Assembly (NCBI GenBank): GCA_046581755.1
Contig: JAYGFR010000310.1
Location: 1 to 20,975 of the forward strand
Source of the DNA: Nitrospinota bacterium
Lineage (GTDB): Bacteria > UBA8248
DNA length: 20,975 nucleotides
Direction: 5' to 3'
Part shown: positions 17,023 to 20,975 of the stretch, in pieces
Numbering within the stretch: the first letter of the stretch is position 1
Layout: each line of letters begins with the position of its first letter
Program-made: the position numbers and the translations under genes
Notes under the pieces: model-generated
Told to the model about the DNA's origin: nothing
Database searches by the model: none
The model's input: the letters and a program-made list of their open reading frames with translations, nothing else

Positions 17023-17424
17023 CTACCCGCCCGAAATAATTGCGAAGGCGCCAGCCACCGAGAGCAACCCGCCCAGGATCACAACCGCCATCGCCGCCGA
17101 CCAGACGAGGCGGGTCTGGGTCAATATAGGCGCCCGGGCCAAGCCGACCCGGTTGATCGGCACCAGGCTCAGATACCTCCCCGCGAGGCCGCCCGTCATC
17201 CCGGCCACGGTGAACCAGAAGACCCCGCGCGAGGGAATCCGCTGCACCCCGGCGGACAAGAAAATCAATGGTGAAGGCGAAGACAACCGATACGCAATTC
17301 GAGACCAGCGTCGTTGCCGAGGGGTTGAGATGTTCAAGCCTCACCCGGTATAGGAGGTGCACGCCACAACCATGAAAATCGCACCGAGAAACGCGAGAAG
17401 GTTGGGATGAAACGATTCAAGCGC
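17023..17424 (-). pseudogene. Decayed EamA paralogue (no start codon, two frameshifts, large internal deletion)
   Basis: Fragments in changing frames: (GCG)LESFHPNLLAFLGAIFMVVA / HLLYRVRLEHLNPSATTLVSN / GVFWFTVAGMTGGLAGRYLS...VGLARAPILTQTRLVWSAAMAVV joined directly to ILGGLLSVAGAFAIISGG*. All align by eye to the two flanking EamA genes. Confidence 0.82.
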
Positions 17425-17573
17425 GGACCTTCACCCAGGGAAAAGAGAAACCGGAATTATGGCGTGTCCCCATGCCGGTGGCGACGGCCCTTCCGCCGCG
17501 GGGAAATCGCCCCTTACCTGCCCGAGACAATGGCGAAGGCGCCAGCCACCGAGAGCAACCCGCCCAGGATCAC
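17042..17573 (+). repeat. 41-bp exact direct repeat (17042-17082 and 17533-17573)
   Basis: GCGAAGGCGCCAGCCACCGAGAGCAACCCGCCCAGGATCAC occurs twice, at the 3' ends of two EamA paralogues. Confidence 0.9.
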
Positions 17574-18402
17574 GCGGCTCGTCACGGCCTCTTGTTTCCG
17601 GAAAAAGAGCCACGAGAAAAAAATCACGAAAAGCAACGAAAGCCGGTTGATGGGAACCACCCGGACGATCTCACCCTCCCGGACAGCCGTCCAGAACATC
17701 AGGTTCGCAACGACGTTCACCGCCGCGCCCGCGGCCACGGCGAGCAGCGGCCGAGCCTTCGACGACTTCGGGGCGCGCCGCTCGGTGAAGGGCATGGCGC
17801 AGAGGAGAATCATCGCCCCGCAGGCCGTTGCCACGCTCATCCCGAAAGGGGGCAAGGGAATGATCGCCAGACCGTACTTGCGGAACAAAAACGTCAGCGA
17901 AAACATAAACGCGGAAAGAACCGGAATCAGATAGAACCAGAACGAAATATTCTTCTGCCCCTCCTCGGGCCGATGGACCAGGAAGGCGGCGCCGAACATG
18001 ATGGCCAGCGTTCCCAGCCCCACGCCGAGGGTCATCCGCTCGCCGAGGAACAGGATTCCAAGCGCCGATGTAAATATGAGAAGGGACTGAATCAGGATCG
18101 AGGCGCGGGCCAGGCCGATTAGCTTCACCGCCAGAAAATTCAGGTACCGGCCGGCCGCCCCGCCGAAAACGCCCACCATCGCAAACCAGAAAAACGCCTC
18201 CCAGTTCCACCCCCTGCGCCAGTCGTCCAGGTAAAAATACAACCCCGCCGCCAGAACGGCGGAGGTGATATTCATTGATGAAGGCGGTGGCCGTAGGGCT
18301 CAGGTGGGACAGCCCGGCCCGGTAGAGGGTTTGGGCCACCGAAACCAAAACGGCCGCGATGAGCGACAAAAGATTGGGAGAGAAGGACTCGATCACGGGC
18401 AT
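17514..18402 (-). pseudogene. EamA transporter interrupted by a single-base frameshift (or sequencing error)
   Basis: N-terminus MPVIESFSPNLLSLIAAVLVSVAQTLYRAGLSHLSPTATAFI is in one frame and MNITSAVLAAG...FFRKQEAVTSRVILGG in another. Minus strand reads ATC-A-ATG-AAT at 18279-18270; removing one A gives a 295-aa protein matching the 16117-16995 paralogue. Confidence 0.8.
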
Positions 18403-18432
18403 CACCCAAAGAAAAAATTTCAAACCACGAAC

Positions 18433-18451
18433 TGTCCCACAAAATGGAACA
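18433..18451. promoter_or_regulatory. Near-perfect palindrome, putative transcription-factor operator
   Basis: TGTCCCA-CAAAA-TGGAACA (one mismatch) in the divergent EamA/M24 intergenic region. Confidence 0.5.
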
Positions 18452-18681
18452 AGATGCGATGAATTGGCTGGATCAAGCGCTCAAAGCGGGCCCAGAAGGT
18501 TTCTTCAATCCGGGTATTCGGGTAGGGTAATTTACATATTCATACAACCGCATTTTGCGAAATATCGACGGCGGATCTATCGAACCGGAGATTTCAGTGG
18601 GACCCAGCGGGGGAATAAGAATTCCTTCCTTCGGTCATCGCATCACCGGCGGAGCCGCAGCACCCAAAAGGAGATTTTCGG

Positions 18682-19917
18682 ATGTACCTCAACGAAGAGC
18701 GTGCGCGCGGCCTTATGATGGATCACAATATTGATGTGCTGGTCGCGAGCACGCCAGAAAATGTCACCTACATCGCCGGAACGTGGGGCTGGTCGAATAA
18801 GGTGTATGTCTACTCCGTGCATATGTTCGCCGTCTATCCGCGCGACGCGGGAACCTCCCCCGCCCTGATCGTTCCCGGCCAGGAAGTCACCTATACCTCG
18901 ATGCAGCAGTCCTGGATAAAGGACTTGTACACCTTTGCCGGAAAAAGCGCGTTGATCCAGCCCCCGGGCGAGGGCGCCCAGACGCCCGAGGAGGAAATCT
19001 ATCTCGGCATGTACAATAACGATGCCCGCCGGGAGAAATCGCCCGGCGCGGCGCTGGCGATGGCGCTTCGCGACCGGGGGCTCGACAAGAGCCGCATCGC
19101 CCTGGATCAGGAGCGCGTCATGCCGAACGTTCGGGCCCAGATCGAAGAGGCGCTGCCCGAGGCGACCATCATCGAAGCCAGCGACCTGTTCCGCTTGATC
19201 CGCATGGTCAAGACGCCCGACGAGCTCGGCGCGATGCGGGCCGCCGCCGCTCTGAACGAAAAAGCTTGCACCGCCGCTTGCGAGGCCGTCGCCGAGGGAG
19301 CGGTGGAGCGGAAAGTGGCCGGGGTGTTCGCCGCCGAAGTGGGCCGAGGCGGCGGAAAATGGCAGTGGTTCCATTTTTGCTCTGGAAGAAGGGCGACCGG
19401 CATCTTCCCGCCGACCGATAAAAAAATCGCCAAGGGCGAGATGTGGAAATTCGACGCAGGCCTTCACCTGGAAAACTACCAGGCCGACACGGGCTGGGGC
19501 GGCGTGCTCGGCGAGCCAACCCAAGAGCAGCTCAAACTTTGGAAGGCGACCGAGCAGGGATTCGAGGCGGGTCTCGCCGAGGTCAAGGCGGGGGCGCTGG
19601 GCTCGGCCATTTACAAGGCCATGCTGGAAGAAACTCGGGCGGGCGGCTATCCGGAGCACAACGGCAACTTCGCCGGACATGCTATCGGCCTCGAGCAGCG
19701 CGAAGTCCCCTATGTTCTCACGAACCCGTTTCCGCAAAACAGCGAATTCCTGCCGCCCTCGAGCGATTTTCCCCTCGAGACGGGCACCACGCTTTGCATC
19801 GAAAACCCGATGCAGATATTCGGCATGGGCGGCACTCAGATCGAAAAAACCGTCGTCGTGACCGAAACCGGATACGAGCCCGTTTTTCCGCAGGAGAGGA
19901 AACTCTGGGTGGTTTAA
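18682..19917 (+). CDS. M24 family (Xaa-Pro peptidase/creatinase-like) metallohydrolase
   Basis: Creatinase-N-like start (DVLVASTPENVTYIAG), IRMVKTPDEL linker, metal ligands in KFDAG, YQADTG, GHAIGL, CIENP, QIEKTVVVTETG; GGAG RBS. Confidence 0.9.
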   Translation: MYLNEERARGLMMDHNIDVLVASTPENVTYIAGTWGWSNKVYVYSVHMFAVYPRDAGTSPALIVPGQEVTYTSMQQSWIKDLYTFAGKSALIQPPGEGAQTPEEEIYLGMYNNDARREKSPGAALAMALRDRGLDKSRIALDQERVMPNVRAQIEEALPEATIIEASDLFRLIRMVKTPDELGAMRAAAALNEKACTAACEAVAEGAVERKVAGVFAAEVGRGGGKWQWFHFCSGRRATGIFPPTDKKIAKGEMWKFDAGLHLENYQADTGWGGVLGEPTQEQLKLWKATEQGFEAGLAEVKAGALGSAIYKAMLEETRAGGYPEHNGNFAGHAIGLEQREVPYVLTNPFPQNSEFLPPSSDFPLETGTTLCIENPMQIFGMGGTQIEKTVVVTETGYEPVFPQERKLWVV

Positions 19918-19979
19918 TAGGTTGATTTCGCCGCGCCCCTAAGGGCGCCGCCGCACCTTTTTATGAAGGAGCATCTTTC

Positions 19980-20747
19980 ATGTGCGCCACGCAATTCATC
20001 GATCTCAGCACCCCCATCGAGAACAATTCCAACGAGCCGCGCCCGCCGGAAATCACCTATCTCGACCACAAGGAATTCGGCGCCCGGAGCGCCAAGAACT
20101 GGGGAATCCCGCTCGAGGAATTGCACGACGGCCTGGGCGGCGCGGCGGAATTCGTCAGCGTCTCCACCCATTCGGCCACCCACATGGACGCCCCCTGGCA
20201 CTACGGCCCCACCGTCGCGGGCAAGCCCTCCAGGAAGATCGATCAGATTCCCCTGGAGTGGTGCTACGGAGACGGCGTGATCCTCGATCTGCGGCACAAG
20301 AACACGGGCGACTGGATCACGGCCGATGACATCGAGGAGTGCCTGAAGAAGATCGACTACGAGATCAAGGAGGGAGACATCGTTCTCCTCTGGACGGGCA
20401 CCGACGAGAAGCGGGACGACCCCGACTACTCCGAGCTCCACCCCGGAATGAGCATCGAATCGACCGAATACCTTCTCGACCGGGGGGTGCGCGTTATCGC
20501 GATCGACGCCTTCGGCTTTGACAGACCGTTCCGCAACCAGATTTTCGAGTTCAAGGCGGGCAAGCGCGAATCGCTCATGCCCTGCCACCACATCCTGGGC
20601 CGCCAGCGCGAATATATTCAGATCGAACAGATCAGGGGCATCGGCAAAATCCCCCTGCCGCACGGCTTCAAACTGGTCTGTTTTCCGATCAACATAAAAG
20701 ACGCGAGCGGCGGATGGGTGCGCCCGGTCGCCATCGTGGAGGATTAA
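19980..20747 (+). CDS. Cyclase family metal-dependent amidohydrolase (kynurenine formamidase-like)
   Basis: FIDLS, THSATHMDAPWHY (HxxTHxDxPxH), GDIVLLWTG, HPGMS, IAIDAFGFD, CHH, QIEQI, FPINIKDASGGWVRPVA; AAGGAG RBS. Confidence 0.9.
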   Translation: MCATQFIDLSTPIENNSNEPRPPEITYLDHKEFGARSAKNWGIPLEELHDGLGGAAEFVSVSTHSATHMDAPWHYGPTVAGKPSRKIDQIPLEWCYGDGVILDLRHKNTGDWITADDIEECLKKIDYEIKEGDIVLLWTGTDEKRDDPDYSELHPGMSIESTEYLLDRGVRVIAIDAFGFDRPFRNQIFEFKAGKRESLMPCHHILGRQREYIQIEQIRGIGKIPLPHGFKLVCFPINIKDASGGWVRPVAIVED

Positions 20748-20788
20748 GAAGAACCACATAATTTTTTTGCGTGCCACGTCCAACCCAC

Positions 20789-20975
20789 TGACCTGCCCCC
20801 CCAAAACCGGTCCATGCTGAATGAGAGGATTTTCGATACTCATTCGGTGAGACCGCCCAATCTGGGGGGATTTGCATGAGCAGGAAGCGTCATACACCTG
20901 AGCAGATCATATCCAAGCTGAGAGAAGCCGAAGTGCTACTTTCCCAGGGCCAGAGCGTCCCTGCGGCCTGCAAGA
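20789..20975 (+). mobile_element. IS3-family insertion sequence, left end (truncated by window edge)
   Basis: Begins TGACCTGCCCCCCCAAAACCGGTCCA, a 5'-TG terminus typical of IS3-family left inverted repeats, followed by an OrfA-like frame. Confidence 0.8.
20876..20975 (+). CDS. IS3-family transposase OrfA (partial)
   Basis: ATG at 20876 gives MSRKRHTPEQIISKLREAEVLLSQGQSVPAACK, the HTH start typical of IS3 OrfA; absent from the ORF track because it runs off the window. Confidence 0.85.
   Translation, partial: MSRKRHTPEQIISKLREAEVLLSQGQSVPAACK

Noticed and set aside
16382..17362. 326-aa minus-strand ORF as a real gene
   Set aside because: Only the first 35 or so codons are EamA-like (one fragment of the pseudogene); the rest is off-frame read-through over the intact paralogue.
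17042..17573. 41-bp repeat as a CRISPR or att site
   Set aside because: Only two copies 491 bp apart, both within paralogous coding 3' ends; no cas or integrase genes.
19933..19962. GCGCCC-CTAA-GGGCGC hairpin between the M24 and cyclase genes as a terminator
   Set aside because: Short stem with the T-run about 9 nt away from it; the two genes look co-transcribed.

Overview
GC-rich bacterial chromosomal window with about 20 intact CDSs and no rRNA, tRNA or CRISPR array recognised. In order: lhgO (+); a minus-strand run encoding a divergent PLP Ser/Thr dehydratase-family enzyme, an 8-Cys YkgJ-like protein, an EamA transporter, a membrane sensor-like protein ending in a GAF domain with no output domain, and an orphan oligopeptide ABC ATPase; a divergent intergenic region with a sigma54-type promoter, a perfect IHF-consensus site and a palindrome ahead of a 156-aa hypothetical gene; a Rho-N-like small protein; an ArsS-type radical SAM enzyme without arsM; cheX, an aspartate-less receiver and an NhaP-type antiporter; a lone ribbon-helix-helix-like gene; and a probable catabolic/transport island (tctCBA, three tandem EamA paralogues of which one is intact, one frameshifted and one decayed, and a divergent M24 hydrolase plus cyclase-family amidohydrolase) ending at the left end of an IS3-family element. 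The best candidates for something undescribed are the catabolic island with atypical ligand-binding residues, the cheX/pseudo-receiver/nhaP unit and the sigma54/IHF-driven hypothetical gene. All calls come from reading motifs by eye; no database searches were run.
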